A stretch of 58,798 bases of DNA from a virus (lineage: Duplodnaviria; Caudoviricetes): positions 1 through 58,798 of the IMG/VR virus record IMGVR_UViG_3300006854_000006; one strand, written 5' to 3'. The notes beneath the pieces were generated by a model. It was not told the origin of the DNA. It ran no database searches and saw only the letters and a program-made list of their open reading frames with translations. A program made the translations under genes and the position numbers. Positions within the stretch are counted from its first letter, which is position 1. Every line of letters starts with the position of its first letter. Below are positions 1 to 9,048 of the stretch, one piece after another.

Positions 1-50
1 AATCGACGGCTTCGTATTTCATGTCTTCGACGGGGGAAGTGCCGAGGATT
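1..50. repeat. 50-bp direct terminal repeat (copy 1; circular-assembly overlap)
   Basis: Bases 1-50 are identical to 58749-58798. Confidence 0.97.
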
Positions 51-59
51 CTTTTTGAC

Positions 60-134
60 CTTCCAGCGCGAGCGAGCTGAAGACGGACCCCTTGAGCGGG
101 CGTTCATCGAACTGCGATGACCTCGCGCTGGAAG
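60..134. other. intergenic inverted repeat enclosing two hairpins (candidate structured RNA)
   Basis: CTTCCAGCGCGAG (60-72) pairs perfectly with CTCGCGCTGGAAG (122-134); inner hairpin TCATCG/CGATGA. Confidence 0.5.
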
Positions 135-157
135 ATTTCTAAACGGAGGCAGTAGCG

Positions 158-376
158 ATGCCAAAAAAACTGGCGACCGACACCATCTGCGCGACGTGCG
201 GCAGCGAGAAGCTCGAGCGTGAATGCTACAACTGCGACGAAGACGGCATGGTCGATCACGATTGCGGCGAGGATGTCTGTTGCTGTCTCGATCCGTATCC
301 GAACGTGCGCTGCGATATCTGCAACGGCAGGGGCGGATGGCTGCAGTGCCCGTCCTGCGCGCCTTGGGGCGATTGA
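158..376 (+). CDS. small Cys-rich (CxxC) zinc-finger-like protein
   Basis: GGAGG RBS upstream; CATC, CYNC, CDICNGRG, CPSC motifs. Confidence 0.7.
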   Translation: MPKKLATDTICATCGSEKLERECYNCDEDGMVDHDCGEDVCCCLDPYPNVRCDICNGRGGWLQCPSCAPWGD

Positions 377-377
377 A

Positions 378-560
378 ATGAACCGTTCTATCTATAGCGC
401 CGAGTGTATTGGCCCGACGAAGTTCTGCTCTCGATGCACCTATGAAGATTGCGCGTGTCGATGTCATCTGATCGCGATGCTCGAGGTCGATGAGTCACGG
501 CCCTGGGAGTGTGGATGCGGGTCGGGTCGACTGATGGAGCGTTGTTGTGGTTACGACTAA
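378..560 (+). CDS. small Cys-rich protein with SEC-C-like C-terminus
   Basis: C-terminal CGCGSGRLMERCC resembles CPCGSGKKYKxCC; starts 2 nt after previous stop. Confidence 0.55.
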   Translation: MNRSIYSAECIGPTKFCSRCTYEDCACRCHLIAMLEVDESRPWECGCGSGRLMERCCGYD

Positions 561-577
561 CAGGAGAACTGAAGACG

Positions 578-949
578 ATGAAAATTACCGAAGTGAACGT
601 TTCCGCTGGCCGCGTCATCCCGCATCCAACCGAATCCTATTCGAATCTCCGCGCCGGCGTGGTCGTCAAAGCCACGATTGAGGACGGCGAAGATATGGAA
701 GCCGTGGTCAAGGCGCTGCAGGCGAAAGCGGAAAAGCTGATCGAGGACCACAAGAATCATCTGCTCGAGAGCATCCGGAATCTCGAACGCCTCTCGCAAG
801 AAGAAGCGGAGTTGTCGACTCTGGAGCAACGGATCAAGAGCGCTCAGGAGCGGATCGCCGACATTCGGGCCCACCGGCCGGCAGAGCTTTCCACGAGCGC
901 CAGTGAAGAGAATCCGTATCCCTATGACGAACAGGAGCCCGGTTCATGA
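578..949 (+). CDS. hypothetical coiled-coil protein
   Basis: AGGAG RBS, ATG at 578, heptad-rich C-half. Confidence 0.75.
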   Translation: MKITEVNVSAGRVIPHPTESYSNLRAGVVVKATIEDGEDMEAVVKALQAKAEKLIEDHKNHLLESIRNLERLSQEEAELSTLEQRIKSAQERIADIRAHRPAELSTSASEENPYPYDEQEPGS

Positions 950-1098
950 GCCCGACCCACAACGGCGCTATCGAGAACGATCTCGGCAGTAACGACTACA
1001 TCGCCACCTGTGACTGCGGCTGGGAGGGCCCGGCGTGCGACTCGTGGAAAGCCGCGGAGGCGCTTCTGGTCAAACACTACGACGAGGTGAGCTTGTGA
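946..1098 (+). CDS. small hypothetical protein (not in ORF track)
   Basis: Hand translation MSPTHNGAIENDLGSNDYIATCDCGWEG...KHYDEVSL; ATGA and GTGA overlaps with both neighbours. Confidence 0.65.
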   Translation: MSPTHNGAIENDLGSNDYIATCDCGWEGPACDSWKAAEALLVKHYDEVSL

Positions 1099-1463
1099 GC
1101 GCAAAACTAGAATTCGATGATGCGATGGCAAAGGATGTTCTGGCAACTACGCTATTGACACTGCTCACACCTGAGCGCAAAGAAACGCTACTCCGGGAAG
1201 CCATCATTACTGTCCTCGTCGAAAAAGATAAGTCCTCCTACGGAAGCGGGGCCGAAACGCGGCTGCAGCACATCTTCAAACAAGTCGTCTACGATCACGC
1301 CAAGGCGGAGATTGAACGCTTACTTGCCGACGACCCGGATCTGAAACAACAGCTCGACGTCATTACCAAAGAAACGGTCCTGGCCGCTTTCGCCACTGTC
1401 CGCGATCACATGAAGGAGACCGTTACCCGCATTTTGGAACAAGCCATGAAGCGAGGATATTGA
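1095..1463 (+). CDS. hypothetical protein
   Basis: GTG start with GAGGT RBS, coupled to upstream stop. Confidence 0.7.
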   Translation: MSAKLEFDDAMAKDVLATTLLTLLTPERKETLLREAIITVLVEKDKSSYGSGAETRLQHIFKQVVYDHAKAEIERLLADDPDLKQQLDVITKETVLAAFATVRDHMKETVTRILEQAMKRGY

Positions 1464-1467
1464 ACCG

Positions 1468-1689
1468 ATGAGCACGACGGAAAACAACACCAAAGTGCGC
1501 TACGAAACTGTACTGAATGGTATCCGCCGCGAAGCGACAAAGATCCGGGAAGCGAACGATCGGCTGCGCGAATATCAGGAGCAACTGCAGGCCTCGGGAC
1601 ATCCCGCGCCGGCATCCGTGCTGACGGAAACCACAACCACGATCGACGTCGCCCTCGCCCATGTGCGCGGCGTGTTCACTGGATTTTGA
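1468..1689 (+). CDS. hypothetical protein
   Basis: GAGGA RBS; tight packing in operon. Confidence 0.65.
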   Translation: MSTTENNTKVRYETVLNGIRREATKIREANDRLREYQEQLQASGHPAPASVLTETTTTIDVALAHVRGVFTGF

Positions 1690-1958
1690 CGATGCCTTGC
1701 GACGTCCTTCACGACGAGAACGGCAAAGCGACAAGGATCGTCTGCACGCGGAACCAGCGCCAGCGCTGTAAATGGTGCAGTCGTCCATCGTCGAAGCTCT
1801 GTGACTTCCCTGTGCGGCGGACCGGCGCTCAATACGAAACGCATCCCTCGCACACCTGCGACGCGCCGATGTGTGTGACCCATGCGAAAGCGGTCGGACC
1901 GAATCGGGACTATTGTCCGCCGCATTTTCGGCTGGCGATGCGCGAGACCGAGGGCTGA
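1686..1958 (+). CDS. small Cys/His-rich protein
   Basis: CKWC, LCD, TCDAPMCxxH, YCPPH pattern common in phage zinc-binding proteins. Confidence 0.7.
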   Translation: MTMPCDVLHDENGKATRIVCTRNQRQRCKWCSRPSSKLCDFPVRRTGAQYETHPSHTCDAPMCVTHAKAVGPNRDYCPPHFRLAMRETEG

Positions 1959-1960
1959 CC

Positions 1961-2398
1961 ATGGACGAACAGAAACTCCGAGAGCAATTCATCCAATCCG
2001 AACTCGATGACTGCCGCCACTTCAACGGCATTCAACACAAAATCTGCAAGGCGGGCGTGAGTTATCCGGCGGGAAGTCCCGGTACGGCAATGCCGTGCAT
2101 TCCCAGGCTGGCGAATGGCCGCCCGGTGTGGGCTTGCGAGAAATTCGAAATCATGAGTCGCGACGAGGCGGAGAAGGAAGCCGACGAACGGATTGCCGCG
2201 ATGCGGCGGACCATGAACGCGCGACTCGCGGCCAAAGACGACGCGAAGGCGAAAGGTTTCGGCCGTGGTCATGGCGGCGTTAGTTCGATTCCGTGTCCGG
2301 TTTGTGATGGCGGGATTCTGCATTATTCGGTGGCGTATGTGAACGGTCACATGCACGCAGCTTGTTCGACTCAGGGCTGTGTGTCCTGGATGGAATGA
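1961..2398 (+). CDS. hypothetical Cys-rich protein
   Basis: CRHFNG...CPVCDGG...NGHMHAACSTQGCVSWME; operon packing. Confidence 0.75.
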   Translation: MDEQKLREQFIQSELDDCRHFNGIQHKICKAGVSYPAGSPGTAMPCIPRLANGRPVWACEKFEIMSRDEAEKEADERIAAMRRTMNARLAAKDDAKAKGFGRGHGGVSSIPCPVCDGGILHYSVAYVNGHMHAACSTQGCVSWME

Positions 2399-2659
2399 AC
2401 ATCATGAGCTCCGGATTCGAAGCCGCCTTCCGCCGGATCGTCAAGGGACGCGAGAAACCCAAGGCGTCGAAGGTGGAGCGTCGTAAGCGAGCAGCTTCTC
2501 CACGGAAGCACGCTGCGCAACAGAAACGAACTAGGGGGGGCAGGATCTTGAAACGCTACAGGGCGTGGCCGGCCTGCTCCGTTCTCCGGATAGTCAGTTC
2601 ACTCGCGGAAAACACGTCGGGCGTGATGCGAAATCGAGTGCGGCGATGAGAAGAGTCCG

Positions 2660-2890
2660 GTGATCTGCAAATACAACGGCACCTGTTCGATTTGCGGCAA
2701 ACCCACCAAGGCCGGCAAAGATATTTATGATCTCGAGACTAAAGAGTCGTACCACGAAGACTGCCGATCCAGACGTGACCTCTTCAGCGCCTCCGAAGCC
2801 GAGGAGCTCGCCGACCAGTTGGGTTTTATCCGACGCGATGAGCCAATACGAACGGACTGGTTTCTGTGGAAAGTGCCTCATGCCGATTGA
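2660..2890 (+). CDS. small zinc-finger-like protein
   Basis: KYNGTCSICGKP...YHEDC motif. Confidence 0.65.
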   Translation: MICKYNGTCSICGKPTKAGKDIYDLETKESYHEDCRSRRDLFSASEAEELADQLGFIRRDEPIRTDWFLWKVPHAD

Positions 2891-2958
2891 GGCCTTACAG
2901 CCAGGCGGCCGACATCCGCGCCACGTGGACAGCCATATTCCATACGGAGAATGCAGAA

Positions 2959-3606
2959 ATGGGACTCACTGGAACGTCAGGTCTTAATATCCGGCCAACG
3001 CCACTCAATACGCCTGAACGTTTCTGGAGTCGCGTCGAGGTTACGGATCATTGCTGGCCTTGGACTCTCGGCAAAGACAAGGATGGCTATGGATTGATCC
3101 GGTACCAGAACCGGAGAATGCGGGCGCATCGACTGGCGTGGGAACTCACCCATGGACCCATACCGAAGGATATGCATGTCCTGCATCATTGCGACAATCC
3201 GCCCTGCTGTAATCCAGAACATCTATTTCTCGGAACGGAACTGGATAATCGGCGGGATTGCATTGCGAAAGGACGCTCGTCTTCGGGCGAGAAGCATCCG
3301 GCGCATCTTCACCCCGAATATTTTCCATATGGTGAGCGGACTTTTGGCGCGAAGTTGACCGACGCGGCTGTGCGGACAATCCTCTCAATCTACGAACCTG
3401 GTCGAACGAGAATATCCGAGATCGCCACAGAGTACGGAGTGACGGTCCCCGCAATCATTCAGATACTGTCCGGCAAGAGCTGGAAGCACATCACCAAAGG
3501 CGTCTCTCGGTACATTCCGCTGATCAGGAATCGCAATTCGGTCGGGCAATTTGTTTCATCGGGGATTAATCCGCGACCTGTAAATAACGAGGAGGTCAAC
3601 AGGTGA
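2959..3606 (+). CDS. HNH endonuclease (HNH_3 type) with C-terminal HTH
   Basis: RFWSRV..CWPW..GYG..RAHRLAW..VLHHCDNPPCCNPEHLFLGT..DN; C-terminal IATEYGVT..IIQILSGKSW. Confidence 0.9.
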   Translation: MGLTGTSGLNIRPTPLNTPERFWSRVEVTDHCWPWTLGKDKDGYGLIRYQNRRMRAHRLAWELTHGPIPKDMHVLHHCDNPPCCNPEHLFLGTELDNRRDCIAKGRSSSGEKHPAHLHPEYFPYGERTFGAKLTDAAVRTILSIYEPGRTRISEIATEYGVTVPAIIQILSGKSWKHITKGVSRYIPLIRNRNSVGQFVSSGINPRPVNNEEVNR

Positions 3607-4016
3607 CGAAGACGGGACTGGCACGACGGCCGGGCGATCCGCCGGCATCCGAGGTCCGACCGACCGGCATCATCCGGACACTGCCCAGCTTGTACGCGAG
3701 CTTTGAAGGTCCAGGCACCGTGCGCTACAAGGCGTCACTCAAAGCCCTGGAACGCGGCCGCCTCGACGCCATCTACATCGCGCTGCAGTGCATTCCCAAA
3801 TTCGACGTCATCCACATGTATCTGATCATTGAAGGCCGGATCGATGTGCGGTTGAACATTGCCGAATACCTTCCCGGCGACGAGCGGGAGTGCTGGGATC
3901 GGACGATCCGCAAGCCGAAGTTCTGGGCGGTTTGCACTGCGCCAGTATCGCGTCCGCCGGAAACCATCTTACGGCGCGGGTTTCAGGGCATCCGCTACAC
4001 GGAGGCGCTGTGGTGA
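3603..4016 (+). CDS. hypothetical protein
   Basis: GGAGG RBS, GTGA coupling; C-terminal RGFQGIRY. Confidence 0.7.
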   Translation: MTKTGLARRPGDPPASEVRPTGIIRTLPSLYASFEGPGTVRYKASLKALERGRLDAIYIALQCIPKFDVIHMYLIIEGRIDVRLNIAEYLPGDERECWDRTIRKPKFWAVCTAPVSRPPETILRRGFQGIRYTEALW

Positions 4017-4222
4017 GCCATACCTGCAAGCGCTTCAAGCAAACGGGCTCGATGAAAGTGTTCGCCGGCAACTACCGGGTTTCGGTTAACGGACTGGTGC
4101 GGGGCGGTTCGATAAAGGTCGATCAACTCGAAGTGCAATGTGTCGACTGCGGCGGCACGCAGATGGTGGATCGGCAGCAGCTCGAGAAGAAAGGCCGCTT
4201 TCTCGTGAGGAAAACACCATGA
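4013..4222 (+). CDS. small hypothetical protein
   Basis: GGAGG RBS, GTG start, CVDCGG motif, ATGA overlap with next gene. Confidence 0.6.
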   Translation: MSHTCKRFKQTGSMKVFAGNYRVSVNGLVRGGSIKVDQLEVQCVDCGGTQMVDRQQLEKKGRFLVRKTP

Positions 4223-5526
4223 AGCGCGATTCCGTCTGGCTCGATCTTTTTGCCGGAGCTGGTGGTACGAGTACAGGCCTCGCCCTCGCATTCGAGCGAC
4301 TCGGACAGCGAGGACGCGTCCGCTTGACGGCGATTAACCACTGGCCGACGGCGATCGAGACCCACGCCCAGAATCACCCATGGGCGGAACACATTGAAGC
4401 CGAGCTTGAGGAAAACACCAATCCGCGGACCCTGATCCCGAAAGGCTCGATCGATGGGTTGGTGGCCGCGCCGGAGTGTACCGAGCATTCGATAGCGAAG
4501 GGCAATAAAGAAATCAATGATCAACGCCGTGCGTCCGCAATGTCGGTTCTTCGATTCGTCGAATGCCTACGGCCGAAGCTTCTATTGATTGAAAACGTCA
4601 AGCAGTTCCGAGACTGGGGTCCGGTTCATCCCGTCACGAAGCGGAAAATCAAGAGCCGCAGCGGGGAAATCTATCGCAGTTATCTCGGGATGTTGCGCGC
4701 ATTCGGCTACACGATCGAGGAACGCATTCTGAATTGCGCCAATTACGGCGACGCGACGACGCGCAGCAGGCTTTTCATCATGGGCAGACTGGGCAAGCGG
4801 CAGCCCCTCTGGCCGGCGCCGACGCATGACGAGGCCGGCCATTCTCTGTTCGGTGAACGCTTGCCGTGGCGCACCGCCGAAGAAATCGTCACTCTGAGCG
4901 ATATCGGAGAAAGCATTTTCGCGCCGAACCGTGAACTGTGCGCGCGCACGATCGAACGCATCCTGGCTGGCATTGAGAAGTTTTGCACGGCGGAATTCAA
5001 GCCGTTTATCGTCATGCTCCGTAATCACGGCTCCGCGCTCGCCTTGACTTCGCCCATCCCTGCCATAACGGCGGCTGGAATGCATCACATGCTATGCCAG
5101 CCGCTGATCATTCCGCAGCACGCTCCCGGGCGGGTCCGACCGATTCAGGAACCGATGCCCACCATCACCGCGACCAGTCGCGGAATCGGCCTCGCTCAAT
5201 ATGTTTTCAAGTACTACAGCACTGGCGGCGTGCGCTCACTCCAACGACCCGTGGACACCATCACGACGAAAGACCGCTTCGGCTTAGTGACGGCGGGCGG
5301 CATCCAGGGCGAGATCGATATCCGCTATCGGATGTTTCGACCAAGAGAGCTGGCACGCGCCCACTCCTTTCCAGAGGACTACCGATTTTCCGGAACAAAA
5401 ACCGATCAGGTGCGCCAGATCGGTAATTCTGTGCCGGTATCGACGGCCACCGAATTGACCGCAGCCATGCTGGCGGATTGGATGGGATACAGCCAGCCGG
5501 ATATTCGCGAGGCGGTGCTCGGATGA
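4219..5526 (+). CDS. DNA cytosine-C5 methyltransferase
   Basis: Motif I DLFAGAGG, motif IV PEC, motif VI ENV, motif VIII RSRLF, motif X QIGNSVP. Confidence 0.95.
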   Translation: MKRDSVWLDLFAGAGGTSTGLALAFERLGQRGRVRLTAINHWPTAIETHAQNHPWAEHIEAELEENTNPRTLIPKGSIDGLVAAPECTEHSIAKGNKEINDQRRASAMSVLRFVECLRPKLLLIENVKQFRDWGPVHPVTKRKIKSRSGEIYRSYLGMLRAFGYTIEERILNCANYGDATTRSRLFIMGRLGKRQPLWPAPTHDEAGHSLFGERLPWRTAEEIVTLSDIGESIFAPNRELCARTIERILAGIEKFCTAEFKPFIVMLRNHGSALALTSPIPAITAAGMHHMLCQPLIIPQHAPGRVRPIQEPMPTITATSRGIGLAQYVFKYYSTGGVRSLQRPVDTITTKDRFGLVTAGGIQGEIDIRYRMFRPRELARAHSFPEDYRFSGTKTDQVRQIGNSVPVSTATELTAAMLADWMGYSQPDIREAVLG

Positions 5527-5966
5527 AAGCCCTCTCGCTCACTCAGCCGTGGGCCACACTGATTATCATCGGCGCCAAATCCGTGGAAACGCGCAGCTGG
5601 ATGACGCAGTACAGCGGACCGATCGCGATTCACGCTTCGAAGAAATTCCCGGACGAAGACAAGGACCTCTGCATGGAGCCGCCGTTCCGACAAGCGTTGC
5701 GTGCCGGCGGGATTCTCGGGCCAGCCGATCTCCCGACCGGCGCCATTCTCGGAACCGCAGTCTTACGCGGCTGCCGCTTTACCGAAGATGTCGCGCACCA
5801 GCTCAGCGCCGAGGAACAGGCTTTCGGCAATTATGAACCCGGTCGGTTTGCCTGGTTCTTGCAAGACGCGCGCCGCATCGCGATTCCGATTCCCTGTCGG
5901 GGGAAGCTTGGACTCTGGACGGTTCCTCCGGAAATTGCGGAGCAGTTGAAGGCGGTGCTGGCATGA
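5523..5966 (+). CDS. ASCH domain protein
   Basis: KALSLTQPWATLI..GAKSVETRSW..GPIAIHA..RGKLGLW signature. Confidence 0.92.
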   Translation: MKALSLTQPWATLIIIGAKSVETRSWMTQYSGPIAIHASKKFPDEDKDLCMEPPFRQALRAGGILGPADLPTGAILGTAVLRGCRFTEDVAHQLSAEEQAFGNYEPGRFAWFLQDARRIAIPIPCRGKLGLWTVPPEIAEQLKAVLA

Positions 5967-6793
5967 GACTCATCCGTGTGTTCCCGCGAAAAACCAAAGC
6001 CACGCCGGATGATCATCTCGCCTATGTGGGCCCGCCGGATCTCTTCGCCGAAGCCGATGAAGTCCATATCTCCGTCGCCTTCACTTACGACAAGCCCGAA
6101 GCCGAGCGCCTGGCCGAGCAATGGAAACACGTCGCGCGGGTGAAAGTCGGAGGCGTCGCGTATGGAGATCCCGGCCTTGATTTCGAACCTGGCAAATACA
6201 TCAAACGCGGTTACGTCCTGACCTCGCGCGGCTGTCCGCGGCGCTGCTGGTTTTGCAGCGTGTGGAAACGCGACCCGGTGCCGCGGTTGCTCGACATCCA
6301 CGACGGGTGGAACATTCTCGACGATAACCTGCTGGCGTGTCCCGAGGCGCATGTTCGTGCTGTCTTTCAAATGCTCTCACGGCAGCGGCGGCGCGTGGAA
6401 TTCACTGGCGGCCTCGAGGCGCTCTCGCTTCAGCACTATCACGTCGAGCTGCTCGCGAATTTGAAGCCGCGTCCGAACATGTTCTTCGCCTACGATCCGG
6501 GCGATGCGTTCGAGACGCTGGCGCTCGCCGCGCGGCGACTCCTCGCCGCCGGATTTACGTCCCGGTCGCATCGGCTCCGCTGTTATGTCCTGATCGGCTA
6601 TCCGCATGACACCTTCGATAAGGCCGAGACGCGCCTGCGGGACATCCTAAGAATCGGATTCACGCCGATGGCGATGCTGTGGCAGCCGGAAACGCCGTCG
6701 GCGATGAAGTGGAAACCCGCAGTTGAGTGGAGGGCGTTTCAACGCCGCTGGGTACGCCCGGCCATCATTCACAGCCAGGAGGTTGTCGCGTGA
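5963..6793 (+). CDS. radical SAM-like protein
   Basis: TSRGCPRRCWFC (CxxxCxxC), DDN, YVLIGY. Confidence 0.85.
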   Translation: MRLIRVFPRKTKATPDDHLAYVGPPDLFAEADEVHISVAFTYDKPEAERLAEQWKHVARVKVGGVAYGDPGLDFEPGKYIKRGYVLTSRGCPRRCWFCSVWKRDPVPRLLDIHDGWNILDDNLLACPEAHVRAVFQMLSRQRRRVEFTGGLEALSLQHYHVELLANLKPRPNMFFAYDPGDAFETLALAARRLLAAGFTSRSHRLRCYVLIGYPHDTFDKAETRLRDILRIGFTPMAMLWQPETPSAMKWKPAVEWRAFQRRWVRPAIIHSQEVVA

Positions 6794-6929
6794 AATACGT
6801 TCTGCGCTTGTGGAAAGTCGAGGGCAAGAAGAAAACCCTAGTCCTCGAAACCGACTTCAATTCCGAAGAAGTGCACGAGATTGCCGAACAGGCCGGAAGC
6901 CTGATTGAGGAAGCGGTGGAGGTGAACGG

Positions 6930-8660
6930 ATGAAATCCCTTCACATCTCCAACACCTTCACGCTTCCCCTCGAGGCGGTCACGGAAACGTTCCTCGATCT
7001 CGGCCAGCGCGGCGCCGGCAAAACCAATACAGCCGCCGTCATTGCGGAGGAGCTCTTCGCTCACGGCGCACCGTTCGCCGTTCTCACGCCAATCGATGTC
7101 TGGTGGGGTCTGAAATCCTCCGCGGATGGCAAGGGCCCAGGCCTGCCGGTCTATATCTTCGGCGGACAACATGCCGATCTGCCGCTCGCACCGACGGCCG
7201 GGCGCTTGATGGCGGACGTCCTGATCGAGCAGCGCATCTCGTGTGTGATCTGCACGCAGGGCTTCAGCGGGAAAGAGCGCGCGGCCTTCACGACGGATTT
7301 TGCCGAACGACTCCTCGACAAGAATCGCGAGCCGCTCCACCTGATCGTGGAGGAAGCCGATGCCTTTATCCCGCAACGGCCTTTTCCCGGCGAAGAACGG
7401 ATGCTCGGCGCGATGGACCGGTTGATCCGCTGGGGCCGCTCGCCGAGCGCGATCGGCGGCACCTTCATCTCGCAGCGGTCTGCCAAGATCAACAAGGACA
7501 TCACCACCCAGTGCAGCGTGCTCGTGGCACACCGGACGATGGCGCCGCAGGACGTCGAAGCGATCAAAGAGTGGTTCAAGTATCACCCGGATACCGAGAA
7601 GCAGAAGCAGCTCCTCGCGGAGATCGCTTCCCTGCCGAAAGGCATGGTCTTCCTCTACTCGCCCGCCTGGCTGGAATATTTCGGAAAGTGCCAGATCCGC
7701 CGGCGGCACACCTTCGACTCGGCCGCCACTCCAAAGCTCGGCGCCCGCCTGATCGAACCGAAGACGGCGGTCGTCGACCTGAAGCTTCTCGAAGAGAAGA
7801 TGGCCGCCACGATCGAGAAGGTGAAGGCCGACGATCCGAAGGAGTTACGGAAGCAGATCCTTGCATTAAAGCAAGAGATCGTTGCATTAAAGCAAGCCGC
7901 GCCGGCCCCCGCGGCGAAACCGGAGCGCGTTGAAGTTCCGATCCTGACCGATGATGATCGCAAGCTGCTCAGGGCATCTCTCGCGGTCTTCGAACAAGCC
8001 CTCGGCGCAACTGAAGCCGTGCGCAGTCACGCCGTGAACCTGCAGGGACTGGTCGAATCGGTTACGGCGCGGGTCGACGGCCTGACGGCTCGTTCAGTGA
8101 AGCCCGTGAACCAGCCGGCGGCGAGACCGTTGACATCGCCGCCCGTGAAGGCAACGTCGCAATCGGCAACATCGAATGGCGACCTCTCTGGCCCTGAACA
8201 CCGCATTATTGACGCCATTGCGTGGATGGAAAGCATAGGGATCGATGCTCCGGAACAAACAGCAGTCGCTTTCCTGGCGGGCTACACCTATGGCGGAGGG
8301 GCATTTAATAACCCGCGAGGCTCCTTGCGCACAAAGGGTCTCGTGGAGTACTCCGGCGACAGGCTACGACTCACGGAAGCAGGACGCAGTCTTGCAACTG
8401 CGCCTGACACGCCGCTGACCACGGCAGAATTGCACCGAATGATCCTTGGCCGACTCCCGGGACCGGAACAGCGAATTCTGACCGTTCTCCTTCAGCGATA
8501 CCCGGACAGCATCTCGAACGAAGACTGCGCCCGGGAATCCGGATATGAGCCCTATGGCGGCGCTTATAACAATCCACGCGGACGGCTCCGGAAGCTGGGT
8601 TTAATTGATTACCCGGAACGCGGCACAGTTCGCGCTCGGGACATTCTATTTATCGATTAA
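6930..8660 (+). CDS. HerA/FtsK-like P-loop ATPase with tandem C-terminal winged-helix repeats
   Basis: Walker A GQRGAGKT, Walker B LIVEEAD, GRS and SQR motifs; duplicated C-terminal GG(A)xNNPRGxLR..GL. Confidence 0.85.
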   Translation: MKSLHISNTFTLPLEAVTETFLDLGQRGAGKTNTAAVIAEELFAHGAPFAVLTPIDVWWGLKSSADGKGPGLPVYIFGGQHADLPLAPTAGRLMADVLIEQRISCVICTQGFSGKERAAFTTDFAERLLDKNREPLHLIVEEADAFIPQRPFPGEERMLGAMDRLIRWGRSPSAIGGTFISQRSAKINKDITTQCSVLVAHRTMAPQDVEAIKEWFKYHPDTEKQKQLLAEIASLPKGMVFLYSPAWLEYFGKCQIRRRHTFDSAATPKLGARLIEPKTAVVDLKLLEEKMAATIEKVKADDPKELRKQILALKQEIVALKQAAPAPAAKPERVEVPILTDDDRKLLRASLAVFEQALGATEAVRSHAVNLQGLVESVTARVDGLTARSVKPVNQPAARPLTSPPVKATSQSATSNGDLSGPEHRIIDAIAWMESIGIDAPEQTAVAFLAGYTYGGGAFNNPRGSLRTKGLVEYSGDRLRLTEAGRSLATAPDTPLTTAELHRMILGRLPGPEQRILTVLLQRYPDSISNEDCARESGYEPYGGAYNNPRGRLRKLGLIDYPERGTVRARDILFID

Positions 8661-8699
8661 GACTGGAAGGTATTTACGCAACTAAGTCTGAGCAAGCCC

Positions 8700-9032
8700 A
8701 TGGCCGGTTCAACGACTGAAGGCTTCACGCCAATTTGCATCGATGGAATATTTCGCTTTCGTGGTCGTACAAGGCTGGCGGAACTGAAGCAATACAGCGA
8801 TAGACAGATACGCAGCAGTATCGTCCTGACGCGAAACGAAGTCAGGACCTGTCTTCTGCTCAGGCATCGCTACGCGCTGATCGTTGTCAACACAACGACC
8901 GGCGCGCAAACGGTAATTCCAGGAGAACGGCTCGCCGCGTTCCTCGAAGCCCAGCCGAGAACATTCGGACGGTCCATGCCTGCAACGTATCGACTGTTTT
9001 CCGCTAACGGCAAATTACGAATAGAAATATGA
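8700..9032 (+). CDS. hypothetical protein
   Basis: Only ORF filling the gap between the ATPase and the MTase. Confidence 0.5.
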   Translation: MAGSTTEGFTPICIDGIFRFRGRTRLAELKQYSDRQIRSSIVLTRNEVRTCLLLRHRYALIVVNTTTGAQTVIPGERLAAFLEAQPRTFGRSMPATYRLFSANGKLRIEI

Positions 9033-9048
9033 AGCAGAGGCGGCGCCA

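Noticed and set aside
77-83. Hammerhead ribozyme core CTGAAGA (also CTGATGA at 51631)
   Set aside because: No correctly placed GAAA and cleavage triplet found.
7861-7896. TTGCATTAAAGCAAG repeated at 21-bp period
   Set aside because: In-frame heptad duplication in a coiled coil; only two copies.
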